Positions 7,704 to 16,583 of a stretch of DNA of 26,593 nt are shown piece after piece (position 1 is the first letter of the stretch; the number at the start of each line of letters is the position of its first letter). The DNA comes from a virus. Lineage: Duplodnaviria > Caudoviricetes. Location: the IMG/VR virus record IMGVR_UViG_3300030372_000761, positions 1-26,593 of that record. One strand, given 5' to 3'. Under the pieces are notes generated by a model. That model saw nothing but the letters and a program-made list of their open reading frames with translations. It made no database searches and had not been told where the DNA came from. The position numbers and the translations under genes are program-made.

Positions 7704-8738
7704 CTAAAATATTAAATAATTAAACCCAAATTTAAACTCCTGTATAGGCTTTTCCCAATACTCTAAATAAGTTCCCTCTACAAATACACCTAAATTCTTT
7801 GTAATTCTCCAACCTGCTACCAATCCAAAATCAACATCAGTAGAAACGCCCTCATAATCGTAAGAATAATCATCTAATCCATAATGAAAAGGCATTACAT
7901 TTAACCATCCGTGAATCCAATATTTATCACTATAGTAATAGTAAGCCGTTCCAATAACCACAGAAAGCTCTGTAGCGCTTCCTAATGAGCTTAATTGCTC
8001 TCGGTTATACTGAGCTATAGCAGAGCCAAAATAGTGCTTAAAAAACTCATCATTTGAAGTTGCTATTAATTCTCCATCATTAAACCAATGATGACTACCC
8101 ATTACAAATTGAGTTGAATATCCAAAATCTTCTGCTAATTCTTGAAAGGCACTCTCTCCACTTTGCCAAAAATCTTCTATTGGCATATTGTTTAAGTAGA
8201 CAGGATGATTTCTTCCAACAGCTCCAATAGTAAAATCAAAAGCTCCTTTATTCACTCTAAACCTTGTGTCAAAAGATATGTATTCTAAATCTCTACTCTC
8301 ATCATTTTTTGCCTGTATTTTAGTAACAAAACTATTACCTAAGTATCTGAGCCAAAAATCTCTATTAGTGTATGTTTCACTACGATTACGAATAAAAGAA
8401 TAATTAAACAAATACTCCCAACCATTATTATTACCAATGGTAGTATTATCTCCAACGCTTTTTTCATTACCATAATACCAAGTTGTGAGCTTCTGCTCAT
8501 AATTGAATCTTGCAATTTTCCTGATTCCGATTGTAAAGTTGTAGTCATAAGGATTGATTTGAGTTGTTTCTTCATAACCTTTATTAACAGCTATATAATC
8601 TTGATCCTCTACCATACTTGTATTAATACTTCCTGAAGAATAAAAAGTAGCATACTTAAAAAACTGAGCATTACAAGTTCCTAATCCTAATACAAAAACT
8701 ATTAATAAAAAGTATATATGTGTTTGATTTATTTTCAT
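7704..8738 (-). CDS. Putative outer-membrane beta-barrel protein (344 aa; likely start 8738 rather than 8762)
   Basis: Signal peptide MKINQTHIYFLLIVFVLGLGTCNA|Q; aromatic-rich amphipathic strands (DFGLVAGWRITKNLGVFVEGTY); C-terminal beta-signal-like EFKFGFNYLIF ending in Phe. Confidence 0.65.
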   Translation of the reverse strand: MKINQTHIYFLLIVFVLGLGTCNAQFFKYATFYSSGSINTSMVEDQDYIAVNKGYEETTQINPYDYNFTIGIRKIARFNYEQKLTTWYYGNEKSVGDNTTIGNNNGWEYLFNYSFIRNRSETYTNRDFWLRYLGNSFVTKIQAKNDESRDLEYISFDTRFRVNKGAFDFTIGAVGRNHPVYLNNMPIEDFWQSGESAFQELAEDFGYSTQFVMGSHHWFNDGELIATSNDEFFKHYFGSAIAQYNREQLSSLGSATELSVVIGTAYYYYSDKYWIHGWLNVMPFHYGLDDYSYDYEGVSTDVDFGLVAGWRITKNLGVFVEGTYLEYWEKPIQEFKFGFNYLIF

Positions 8739-8739
8739 A

Positions 8740-9270
8740 TTATAAAACTTTTGTATAAGCATAGGTTACATAAACATCAGCACTAAAGCCACCATTAAAA
8801 GCTGCTGATGAATATATTTGAAAAGGTTTATTTAATAAAGATACTTTACAACTACCTGAAGCTGCAGGCTCAGGAGAAAAACAAAATGAAGCGTCAGTAG
8901 TAACGCCATTCATAAAACGCCTATAACTATACCAATAATTAGTAGCCTCAGAGCTATCATAACTAAATACTAAATTTGCTGCTGCTGAATCTGTAGCTGA
9001 AGCATAAGTAGTTAAAATTGTAACTTGATATACAGTAATCATATATCCACTTAAAGCCCCTACTAAGGTTTTAGGCGTAGAATCTAAAGCCTGAAATTCT
9101 GCATTACTAACAGAAATTTTATCTGTTTGCATTAAGTATTTAAAATCCATCTTCTTGCTCGTTCCCTGAGCTGACCCAGAGGTATCTGAGCTGTCCACAA
9201 TCATTAAGATATCATTTGTTCCTGCCTGTTGCTCGTAAGCCTGTTTGTCTGTTAGTTTTTGGTTTGCCAT
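8740..9270 (-). CDS. Putative virion structural protein (fibre/decoration-like)
   Basis: N-terminus KLTD...DILMIVDSSDTSGSAQGTSKK resembles phage fibre attachment motifs; S/T/A-rich beta-type sequence. Confidence 0.5.
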   Translation of the reverse strand: MANQKLTDKQAYEQQAGTNDILMIVDSSDTSGSAQGTSKKMDFKYLMQTDKISVSNAEFQALDSTPKTLVGALSGYMITVYQVTILTTYASATDSAAANLVFSYDSSEATNYWYSYRRFMNGVTTDASFCFSPEPAASGSCKVSLLNKPFQIYSSAAFNGGFSADVYVTYAYTKVL

Positions 9271-9340
9271 AACTATCTAAATATTTTTTTAGTTTTTGTT
9301 CGTTATTTTTCCTTTGTTTTTCCTTTTGTTTTGTTAACAT
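9212..9340 (-). CDS. Small basic hypothetical protein (42 aa)
   Basis: Hand translation MLTKQKEKQRKNNEQKLKKYLDSYGKPKTNRQTGLRATGRNK*. Starts 3 nt after the adaptor stop. Confidence 0.45.
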   Translation of the reverse strand: MLTKQKEKQRKNNEQKLKKYLDSYGKPKTNRQTGLRATGRNK

Positions 9341-9343
9341 ATC

Positions 9344-9913
9344 TTAGCAACATATTGTTATATCTGCTCCTTGTAAAAAGGATTTAGTTTTATTACTCAT
9401 TGGAGCTACATCTAAATTTAGCCCTGCATAGTAATTTTGAGAAGTAGGATTAAGGTCTGCTCCTGTGTTTGTTTGATACTCAGGTAGACTACTTGTATTG
9501 TTTCTTATGTAGTCTATTAACCTTTCTCTATAGAACTCGCCTTGGTCAATGCTCGCTGAAATTAAAGGCTTTAAATCGGAATGAGAAACGCTAGAGCCTT
9601 GCTCACTTGACATAGTTACAATGGAATTATTTACCATTCTAAGTCTAAGGAATGGTAATACAGTAGCAAAAGCAAACTGCACTAAAGCAGGTTGTATATA
9701 TGTTTGTAAAAGCGTTAAATATGCTCCTGATAAACTACTACCTTGTATATCAGATATTAATTTATCATTTAAATCAGTTCCAAGCACAGGTAATATGTAC
9801 CTATCCTGAGCCATTAGTATATAAGGTAGCAATAAGTTGTCATCAACGCTACCACCCAACGCTGTGTCTTTCTTGATTCTATCTGTGCTTATAAATAATG
9901 TGTGTTGTATCAT
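9344..9913 (-). CDS. Putative head-tail adaptor/connector protein
   Basis: Helical 189-aa protein (LFIS...VDD..LLPYILMAQDRYILPVLGTDL) immediately after the portal. Confidence 0.55.
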   Translation of the reverse strand: MIQHTLFISTDRIKKDTALGGSVDDNLLLPYILMAQDRYILPVLGTDLNDKLISDIQGSSLSGAYLTLLQTYIQPALVQFAFATVLPFLRLRMVNNSIVTMSSEQGSSVSHSDLKPLISASIDQGEFYRERLIDYIRNNTSSLPEYQTNTGADLNPTSQNYYAGLNLDVAPMSNKTKSFLQGADITICC

Positions 9914-9921
9914 AATTTAAT

Positions 9922-12099
9922 TTATTTTACTCCTGGATAATGTCCTTGATTAGGCATATTTACAGGAGCTATTTTACTATCTTCTAATCCTTTTGGTTTT
10001 CTAACATAGCTTTTAGGTATGCTACTTACTTTTTTATAATCATCATCTAAACTTTGACCATCTTTTAACTCAGTTCCTTTTTTAAGTCTATATAATACTT
10101 CATTCCATTTATGTCTGCAATAAACACCACCTTTAAACTTAAACAAATCATAAGACCTACCTTTATGTCCTAATTGTTTGTTTACACCATCTCTACTTGC
10201 TATATCTATATCCTCTATTCTATAAACAAAACCACCTCTACTTAATCTCATCATATTTTCACAAAATGGTCGTGATTTATTTCCTGTTTTTTTAGGCTTT
10301 CTTGATCCTACTGCATACTTAAATCGTACTCTATAATAAGACTTATCTAAATAACTAAATTTATCTTCATTACTTTTAATTTCATTTACTGCAAAATCTT
10401 CTCTTTTTTGTATAAATCTATCTGCCCATTCTTCATAGTCATCTCCTGTTCCTTGCTCTCTCTCATCTACTACTTCCCACTCATCTGTATTTATTTGCTC
10501 TCCCTCTAAGTTGTTTAATATAATATCAAATTGGTCATCAGAAAGCTCTGTTAATTCTTCTACATTTTCTATTTCTTTAACTTTTCTTTTAGCCCAATCA
10601 AAACCGCCTTCTCCTCCCCAAAGTAACCACGCTATTTTACCTGCACTTGGATAACCTTTATCTCCTTTTTTAAAACCCTCTCCATTTTTTATTGACTTTT
10701 CTTGTCTGCTAAAAAAAGAGTACATTCTTTTAATAGTTTCAATAGATAGATTTTTTCCATTCATTATATCTCTTGCTCTTGCTACACCAACTTCAGTACC
10801 ACCTCTGCCAAATTCTTTTCGCAGTTCAAGACCTTTCTTAGCCTCTCTCATCATTTGTTTAGTTGGTTTTCTATCTATATCATCCAAAGACTTAAATTCT
10901 TTTTTTATAGGCTCTCCTGTATCTATTCCCTCTTTCTCTTGGTCATCTTCACTAACTTTAGCTACTGTTTCAATATCAATAAAATCAGCAGGTTTAAGCG
11001 ATTTAAAGTATAAATCAAGGTTTATATCACAAATAGTAAAAATAGCCTGTAAGCCCTCTAAAAGTGTATTCTGAAAGGGTTTGATGACAGTATTTGAAAA
11101 AAGTGAAAATGAATCTCTAAGCTCATCAGCATTATTACCAAAGCCACTACCATCTCCCTTTACTCCAAATAATAAAGGACTTGTAACTCTATGTCCTGTA
11201 AGTACCTTTTGTGTAGTTTCTGTAGATAAGAATTGATAGCTATCAGAATTGTCATTAGCATTAATAGGAACTATCTCAGGGGCTGTGTCTTTTCCATCAT
11301 TAAAAGTTATAAGAATCTTTCCTGCATTTCCTGATCCTCCAAACTTAGAATTTATCTGTCTTTCTATAGTTCTTCTTTCCTCTCTTGTAGGTACTCCATT
11401 AGCGAAGTTTACAGCCATACTAGGAAACATACCTGATTTTATATTAGATAAGTGAAATTGAGCAATCTCCATATCTAACTGAATGTAAGAAGTAGAGCCT
11501 TGATAGTCAGGTAGTGAATAATAATAACTACCAGGAGAATAATCTTTGATACACAATACTTGACTTGCACTTGTTCTGTCCTTTTCATCAAACGCTTTAT
11601 ATGTTCTTGGTTTGTGCTTTCTAGTATTTGTCCAATCTGCTGAATAATAATACTCATTTACATTACCATAACCATCAGTTTTTCCACTTCTTATATATTG
11701 TGCAGGTATATGATACATCTCTACAATCTTAGTTCTTGGCTTGTTCCATATCGTATTTACATAACACATACCAAACAATTTTAGATCAAAAGCTAAACAT
11801 TTTAATAAATCTTTTTGCGAATGTCCTAGTAAAGATGTAAGCCTTAGCCATTGTTCTTTGTGTTCTTCACTATCTTGTTTATCAGTAGCATCTAATCCCT
11901 CTCCATAAATCATAGCTGAAACGCCTTTAATAATAGCATTGTTGATACTACTACCATTGTATAATTCAAGTAGATATTGAGGGTACATATTATCTGTACC
12001 GAATTGAATCCAATCTTTACTTGCTGTTTCAGTAACAGCAGGTAGATTAAACTCTGCTAAATGTATTACTGATATTTCTGTGTTATTTTTCTTTTTCAT
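9922..12099 (-). CDS. Portal protein with C-terminal accessory domains
   Basis: Portal motifs WIQFGTDNMYPQYL, DLKLFG, YYSLPDY, GSGNAGK, HRVTSPLLFG and VIKPFQ in the first ~375 aa, followed by a ~350-aa extension. Confidence 0.85.
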   Translation of the reverse strand: MKKKNNTEISVIHLAEFNLPAVTETASKDWIQFGTDNMYPQYLLELYNGSSINNAIIKGVSAMIYGEGLDATDKQDSEEHKEQWLRLTSLLGHSQKDLLKCLAFDLKLFGMCYVNTIWNKPRTKIVEMYHIPAQYIRSGKTDGYGNVNEYYYSADWTNTRKHKPRTYKAFDEKDRTSASQVLCIKDYSPGSYYYSLPDYQGSTSYIQLDMEIAQFHLSNIKSGMFPSMAVNFANGVPTREERRTIERQINSKFGGSGNAGKILITFNDGKDTAPEIVPINANDNSDSYQFLSTETTQKVLTGHRVTSPLLFGVKGDGSGFGNNADELRDSFSLFSNTVIKPFQNTLLEGLQAIFTICDINLDLYFKSLKPADFIDIETVAKVSEDDQEKEGIDTGEPIKKEFKSLDDIDRKPTKQMMREAKKGLELRKEFGRGGTEVGVARARDIMNGKNLSIETIKRMYSFFSRQEKSIKNGEGFKKGDKGYPSAGKIAWLLWGGEGGFDWAKRKVKEIENVEELTELSDDQFDIILNNLEGEQINTDEWEVVDEREQGTGDDYEEWADRFIQKREDFAVNEIKSNEDKFSYLDKSYYRVRFKYAVGSRKPKKTGNKSRPFCENMMRLSRGGFVYRIEDIDIASRDGVNKQLGHKGRSYDLFKFKGGVYCRHKWNEVLYRLKKGTELKDGQSLDDDYKKVSSIPKSYVRKPKGLEDSKIAPVNMPNQGHYPGVK

Positions 12100-12716
12100 T
12101 AGTTGGTATAATTAGGAGTCCAAGTTTGTACACCATATTGAGCATCTCTATTATCTACTGAAGCTGAAGCAGGTTTACCTAAAGTAGTCATCTCAACCTC
12201 AGTCAAATCATTTGTTGTATAAGGGTTATAAGAAACAAAAGCAGGATTTAAATAACTTGCCCAACTAGATGAGTTTGTGACTATATCCCTATTCTCATCA
12301 GTACAAAGTAAAACAGGTTTTATTTCAGGTATTAAAGTTACATCAGAATCATCAGTATCTATTTCAAGCGAAGTAGAGTAATAAACCTTAATGTCGTATA
12401 TGTCTTTTGTAGGCAATACTACATTACCTGTGTATTTATTACCTGATATATCCATAGTTTGTGTGCCTGTCCATTTAGGCATATAAACAGTACAACCAAA
12501 TTTAACATATCTATCATTGCTTTCATATACAGGACTTGAAAAATCTGCGTTTGTCGGTCTTGCTATAATTGATCGTTGATAGTTATTATTTCTTCCTGTA
12601 AATTTTAACACAATCCAAAAAGTAGAAGATGGTAAATCTACATAAGCATTTAGGTTTTCATAAAACCATAAATAGTTTTGTGTAAAAGGGAATAATACGA
12701 AATCTGCTTTATACAT
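12099..12716 (-). CDS. Hypothetical structural protein (205 aa)
   Basis: ORF track; stop overlaps the portal start; beta-rich composition. Confidence 0.6.
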   Translation of the reverse strand: MYKADFVLFPFTQNYLWFYENLNAYVDLPSSTFWIVLKFTGRNNNYQRSIIARPTNADFSSPVYESNDRYVKFGCTVYMPKWTGTQTMDISGNKYTGNVVLPTKDIYDIKVYYSTSLEIDTDDSDVTLIPEIKPVLLCTDENRDIVTNSSSWASYLNPAFVSYNPYTTNDLTEVEMTTLGKPASASVDNRDAQYGVQTWTPNYTN

Positions 12717-12846
12717 TATCTTTCCATAGTTTATCTTGATACTCTCTTATTACTTCTAATTTTTCTTCTTGTGTTGTAGCCTTGTCAAATTTCTCATTGT
12801 ACTCGTCAAACATTTCAAAATCAGGCACTTTAGTCTGTGTACTCAT
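12709..12846 (-). CDS. Small hypothetical protein (45 aa)
   Basis: Hand translation MSTQTKVPDFEMFDEYNEKFDKATTQEEKLEVIREYQDKLWKDNV*. It fills the gap and overlaps both neighbours. Confidence 0.6.
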   Translation of the reverse strand: MSTQTKVPDFEMFDEYNEKFDKATTQEEKLEVIREYQDKLWKDNV

Positions 12847-13033
12847 TATAAGAATCTGTTTCTATTTTAACTTCTTTTTTTTTCTTTTTTGGTTTAGGAG
12901 TATCTTGTTCAAAATACTTCTCTTTTACTTCATCACTTAAATTATCTATTTGATGAGGTCTTAATTGACCATAAGCCAAGTTCATATTTATTGGTTTATA
13001 GTCTTTGTATTGTTCTTTTACTTTCCAAGCCAT
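12830..13033 (-). CDS. Small hypothetical protein (67 aa)
   Basis: ORF track; lies downstream of a late-promoter motif. Confidence 0.65.
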   Translation of the reverse strand: MAWKVKEQYKDYKPINMNLAYGQLRPHQIDNLSDEVKEKYFEQDTPKPKKKKKEVKIETDSYNEYTD

Positions 13034-13050
13034 AATATTTGTCTTTTAAT

Positions 13051-13079
13051 AGTATATATAAATATAATTAATTCGTTTA
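13051..13079 (-). promoter_or_regulatory. Putative phage late promoter TAAACGA...TATATACT
   Basis: One of four copies of the bipartite motif with near-constant spacing. Confidence 0.65.
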
Positions 13080-13140
13080 CAAATGTAAGTTTTGTAAAAA
13101 AAACTTTATACTATTTGGTTAATTATAAAATTTATTTAAT

Positions 13141-13167
13141 AAAAAAGGGCTATCCTTAGATAACCCT
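13141..13167 (-). terminator. Rho-independent terminator after tail tube gene
   Basis: Minus strand AGGGTTATC-TAAG-GATAGCCCT followed by a T run. Confidence 0.8.
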
Positions 13168-13195
13168 ATTTTAATTGAGTAACGATTTATTAATA

Positions 13196-13798
13196 CTATC
13201 CTGTAGTAATAGTCAAAGCAGCCTCATCAGTCAATCCATCAAATGGATATTTAGCTGTTCCTGGTCCTGCAGTTGCATTAATCCAAATCATAGGATCTTT
13301 TTCTTCTGCTCTTAGTTCAAGAGTATATCCTGACATATCACCTTTTGCAGCTCCTGTTACAGCTGTACCACCTGAAATATCACACCCATTATCCATACCT
13401 AATAAGAATAAATTATCATTATTATCAAGTACAAATATTTGTGCACGATTATAAGAGATTAACTTTAACTCGTTTGTTTGTGTTACATTTAATTTCTGTA
13501 GTGTAAGAGATAAAGTTTGCTCAAAAAAAGTAGTTCCTGTTGCAGGATCACTATTAATATTAACAGTCATTGAAGATAGATTTGGGCGTAAGTCATACTG
13601 AAATACAGTAACAGCTCCACCACTTTGTATATCCCAATTTGCAAAACCTGCTGTGTCCATAACTAAAGCATCTGTACCATCAAAAGTAGCTTTAGCTCTA
13701 ATATCAGAACAATAAGACTTTACAAAAAAGATTCTCTTTAAGCCTCCAATCTGATCTTTACAATCAACCGCTAAACCTTTTGTTAAATTACAAGCCAT
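13196..13798 (-). CDS. Major tail (tube) protein
   Basis: MACNL..G....CKDQIGGLKRIFF, GTTFFEQTLSLTL and TGAAKGDMSGYTLEL patterns; follows the capsid gene and is flanked by terminators. Confidence 0.65.
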   Translation of the reverse strand: MACNLTKGLAVDCKDQIGGLKRIFFVKSYCSDIRAKATFDGTDALVMDTAGFANWDIQSGGAVTVFQYDLRPNLSSMTVNINSDPATGTTFFEQTLSLTLQKLNVTQTNELKLISYNRAQIFVLDNNDNLFLLGMDNGCDISGGTAVTGAAKGDMSGYTLELRAEEKDPMIWINATAGPGTAKYPFDGLTDEAALTITTG

Positions 13799-13823
13799 TT
13801 TATTTTAGTTTTATATTGTTTAT

Positions 13824-13848
13824 AAAAAGGGGGTATGTTTCAACCCCC
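13824..13848 (-). terminator. Rho-independent terminator after major capsid gene
   Basis: Minus strand GGGGGT-TGAAACAT-ACCCCC-TTTTT. Confidence 0.75.
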
Positions 13849-13864
13849 ATTAATTAATTAACTA

Positions 13865-14848
13865 TTATGTCCAAACAGTTGAGCCATATACACCATCTGC
13901 AGCAACTGCACATTGTACACCTACACTGAAGTTCATAACGATTCTTACATTGTCAGAGCCATCATATTGATAAGTTGGTATTACTCTTGCTTCTGTCCAG
14001 TCCGTAGCTAAGTTAGTTCCAAATACTAAGTTTTCTCTGTATGTTGCAATGATTACATCATCAAACATTCCAGGACAAACATAGATAGGGAAACCAAAGT
14101 AAGTTACACCACTAAAGTCTTGAGCTACACCTGCATTATTGATACCTTGATTACTACCTGCATTAGCTAATGCTTGTAATAAGAAAGCATAAGTTTTGTG
14201 ATTCATATAGAAACCAAAACCTGGCTTAGAAGTTAAACCTCCAATACCAACTGCAGCATCATATACTGAAGCCATATCAGTTAATATATCTGAAGCAGCT
14301 AAAGCGTTAGCAAAATCAACTTCTGTGAAGTCTTTTAATGCTGAAGCATCTGCTCCTGCCTCATCTTGTGTTCCATCATTAGATAAAAAACCAACTCCAA
14401 AAGGAGATGATCCTTTCCATATTGAGTTTTCTAATTGCTCTCCTGCTTTTGCAGCAACTGTAGATAATAAGAAGTCCTCAAATGTTCCTGGTAGATTTCC
14501 ATTTCTATCCATATTTTCTCCAATCCAGGTAGGGAAAACTGTACCCCTGCATATTTCCTCATTTACTTTTAAATCAGTAAGAGTAAGAACTTGCTCTGTA
14601 AGAGAAGTATCATTACCTGATGAAAAAGAACAAGCAGCAGCAACTATAGGGTCATTAATTCCTAAGTTAGAAATTACAGCTTTACTATTTAAACCATCTA
14701 TTGTTCTTACATAGCCTTTAGCAACTGTGTCAGGGCTTTTAACTGCAGCTGTTACATAAGGCAACGCTAACTTACCTGCGTAAGTATTGTCAGTAACAGT
14801 TATATCAAACTGATACTCTTTTGATAAATTATATTTATTGTTCGCCAT
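13865..14848 (-). CDS. Major capsid protein
   Basis: 327 aa, downstream of protease and scaffold, followed by a terminator. Motifs TYAGKLALPY, LTEQVL..LKVNEEIC, ENSIWKG, NLVFGT, GSDNVRIVM. Confidence 0.8.
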   Translation of the reverse strand: MANNKYNLSKEYQFDITVTDNTYAGKLALPYVTAAVKSPDTVAKGYVRTIDGLNSKAVISNLGINDPIVAAACSFSSGNDTSLTEQVLTLTDLKVNEEICRGTVFPTWIGENMDRNGNLPGTFEDFLLSTVAAKAGEQLENSIWKGSSPFGVGFLSNDGTQDEAGADASALKDFTEVDFANALAASDILTDMASVYDAAVGIGGLTSKPGFGFYMNHKTYAFLLQALANAGSNQGINNAGVAQDFSGVTYFGFPIYVCPGMFDDVIIATYRENLVFGTNLATDWTEARVIPTYQYDGSDNVRIVMNFSVGVQCAVAADGVYGSTVWT

Positions 14849-14858
14849 TTTTTTAAAA

Positions 14859-15518
14859 TTATTTATTGTTAATGTAATATGCTGCCCTTTCTTTAGCAGA
14901 CATTCTTGCTAAATCAACTTTTTCTGATTTAGTGTTTGTTTCAGGATTGTGGTTAAAACCCTCAGCTCCTGGTTGTTCTTCCATTTCTGATAACTTAGTT
15001 TTTAAGTGTTCTATTTCTTCTACTAAGCTAGTAACCATATCTTTAGACATTTCTACTTTTTCTTCTTCAGCAACTTCTTCTTCAGCTGTTTCTTCATTTT
15101 CTACAGACATATTTTCTTTATCTGCTTTTAAATCAGCTACAGCATCTTCAAGGTTTTTAATTCTCTTTTCCATTCCCTCCCAATCAGCAACATCTGCTTC
15201 TTCAGCCATTTCTTCTTTGTCCTCATCTTCAGCCTCTACTTCTTCAGCTTCTTTTTCTTCTCCCATATCTAAGATTTTACCATTGTCATCAATAGTAAGT
15301 TTAGCTCCATCTTCCATAGTATATGATCCTGCTGATAAAGGACTTGCCTCGCCATCATCATTTACTACAAAGACTTCAGAGCCAATCATAAATTGTTCAT
15401 CTTCAGTAGCTACAACTCTCCCATCATCTAGTTTCATCTCTGCATACATTTTAACTTCCTTAGATTCTTTGTTATCAATAGACAACAAAGTTTTGATTTT
15501 TTCTAACGTGTCTTTCAT
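14859..15518 (-). CDS. Capsid scaffolding protein
   Basis: Highly acidic with coiled-coil segments; lies between protease and capsid genes. Confidence 0.7.
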   Translation of the reverse strand: MKDTLEKIKTLLSIDNKESKEVKMYAEMKLDDGRVVATEDEQFMIGSEVFVVNDDGEASPLSAGSYTMEDGAKLTIDDNGKILDMGEEKEAEEVEAEDEDKEEMAEEADVADWEGMEKRIKNLEDAVADLKADKENMSVENEETAEEEVAEEEKVEMSKDMVTSLVEEIEHLKTKLSEMEEQPGAEGFNHNPETNTKSEKVDLARMSAKERAAYYINNK

Positions 15519-15535
15519 TGTAATAGATTTTTATA

Positions 15536-15565
15536 AGTATATATAATTAATTTAATATTTGTTTA
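15536..15565 (-). promoter_or_regulatory. Putative phage late promoter TAAACAA...TATATACT
   Basis: Copy of the bipartite motif upstream of scaffold/capsid. Confidence 0.65.
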
Positions 15566-15569
15566 CAGG

Positions 15570-16577
15570 CTACCTTTTTACAGTACCACTTTTAATAGCT
15601 GAACAGATTTTAGCAGCAGATTTTTCTCCATACTTTTTTTTCATATCAGCGATACATTGTTTCCAAGGATATTTAGCTAACGCCCTTTTCGTAATGTATT
15701 CTTTCATTAGCTCAAATTGACCTTTCTCATCCTGAGCTATAATCATTCTAATTCTATCTAACAAATCCTCATCACTTAATCTATCTTCTTTTGTGTATTT
15801 CTTTTTTCTTTTGTATTTTCTTTTTTTCATTTCAGTAGCATCTGAATGTTTTTCACAAGCCATATATCTAATTACTCCCTCTACTTCGTGTTCGTGATAA
15901 CCCTCGCAATTCTTAAATAACTTAGCGTATGCCTCAGCCTCTTCTTTAGTAGCAAACAATGGCTCTCCATCTAAAGCTCCTACAACAGCTATTTTATTTT
16001 CTATATCTTTATATGCTCTCTTTTTAGAAGCTTCTATTAGTTTATCTGTAAAGTACCCCTCTATGCTAAATCCTTTTACTTCTTTGTTCTTTACTTTATC
16101 CCAGACTTCATCATTGTTAACTTTCATTTTTACAAACCAAGTTCCAAGAGGCATATTTTCAAATCCAAATTGTGATGACTTGTCATATTTTTCATCTTCT
16201 TTAATCCAACTCTCTACAACGCTTAAACCCTCAATAGGTACTTTATGCTCAAACGTAGCATTATTGTTTCTTAGGGTACTCATAAATAGCTCCTGAGCTT
16301 GTTTAATAGTTTCTTTACTAAAGTATACTATGTATTCTTCGTTTAATTCTTGATCGTATCTAGGTATTTCTTTTTCAGGAATAAGCACAGCTCCTACAAG
16401 AGTTTTCTTTTCTTCATCTAATTTTGCTAAGGATAGGAAATTGTCTTTATTGAAAAAAACCCAATTTTCTTCTATCGCAGGAAATTCAACAAGACTTATA
16501 GCTTCAACGCCAAACCTTTCTGATTGTTCGTCTATGATTAATTCTACTAATCTTTTTTTTATCTTTTTTTCAGCCAT
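15570..16577 (-). CDS. Prohead serine protease (XkdF-like) with C-terminal extensions
   Basis: AISLVEFPAIE, GAVLIP, TFEH, VVESW, GTWF and VKGFSIEGYF (catalytic Ser motif). Confidence 0.85.
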   Translation of the reverse strand: MAEKKIKKRLVELIIDEQSERFGVEAISLVEFPAIEENWVFFNKDNFLSLAKLDEEKKTLVGAVLIPEKEIPRYDQELNEEYIVYFSKETIKQAQELFMSTLRNNNATFEHKVPIEGLSVVESWIKEDEKYDKSSQFGFENMPLGTWFVKMKVNNDEVWDKVKNKEVKGFSIEGYFTDKLIEASKKRAYKDIENKIAVVGALDGEPLFATKEEAEAYAKLFKNCEGYHEHEVEGVIRYMACEKHSDATEMKKRKYKRKKKYTKEDRLSDEDLLDRIRMIIAQDEKGQFELMKEYITKRALAKYPWKQCIADMKKKYGEKSAAKICSAIKSGTVKR

Positions 16578-16583
16578 TGTAAT

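Noticed and set aside
8339-8575. 78-aa alternate-frame minus-strand ORF inside the barrel gene, considered as an embedded spanin
   Set aside because: No N-terminal signal or lipobox in a usable position; its hydrophobicity is explained by AT-rich off-frame reading.
11475-11657. 60-aa alternate-frame ORF inside the portal gene
   Set aside because: Nested in the conserved portal core with no supporting signals.
12875-12890. Long T run (A run on the coding strand) as a second slippery site
   Set aside because: It encodes the KKKKK stretch of the 67-aa protein, and the next ORF has its own ATG at 12846, so no frameshift is needed.
13080-13087. TACATTTG (TAnnTTTG match) just upstream of a late promoter copy
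   Set aside because: Single short match with no -33 element and no upstream palindrome; could be chance in AT-rich DNA.
14932-15546. 204-aa plus-strand Ser-rich ORF
   Set aside because: Antisense shadow of the Glu-rich scaffold gene (GAA codons read as TCT/TCA Ser on the other strand); no independent features.
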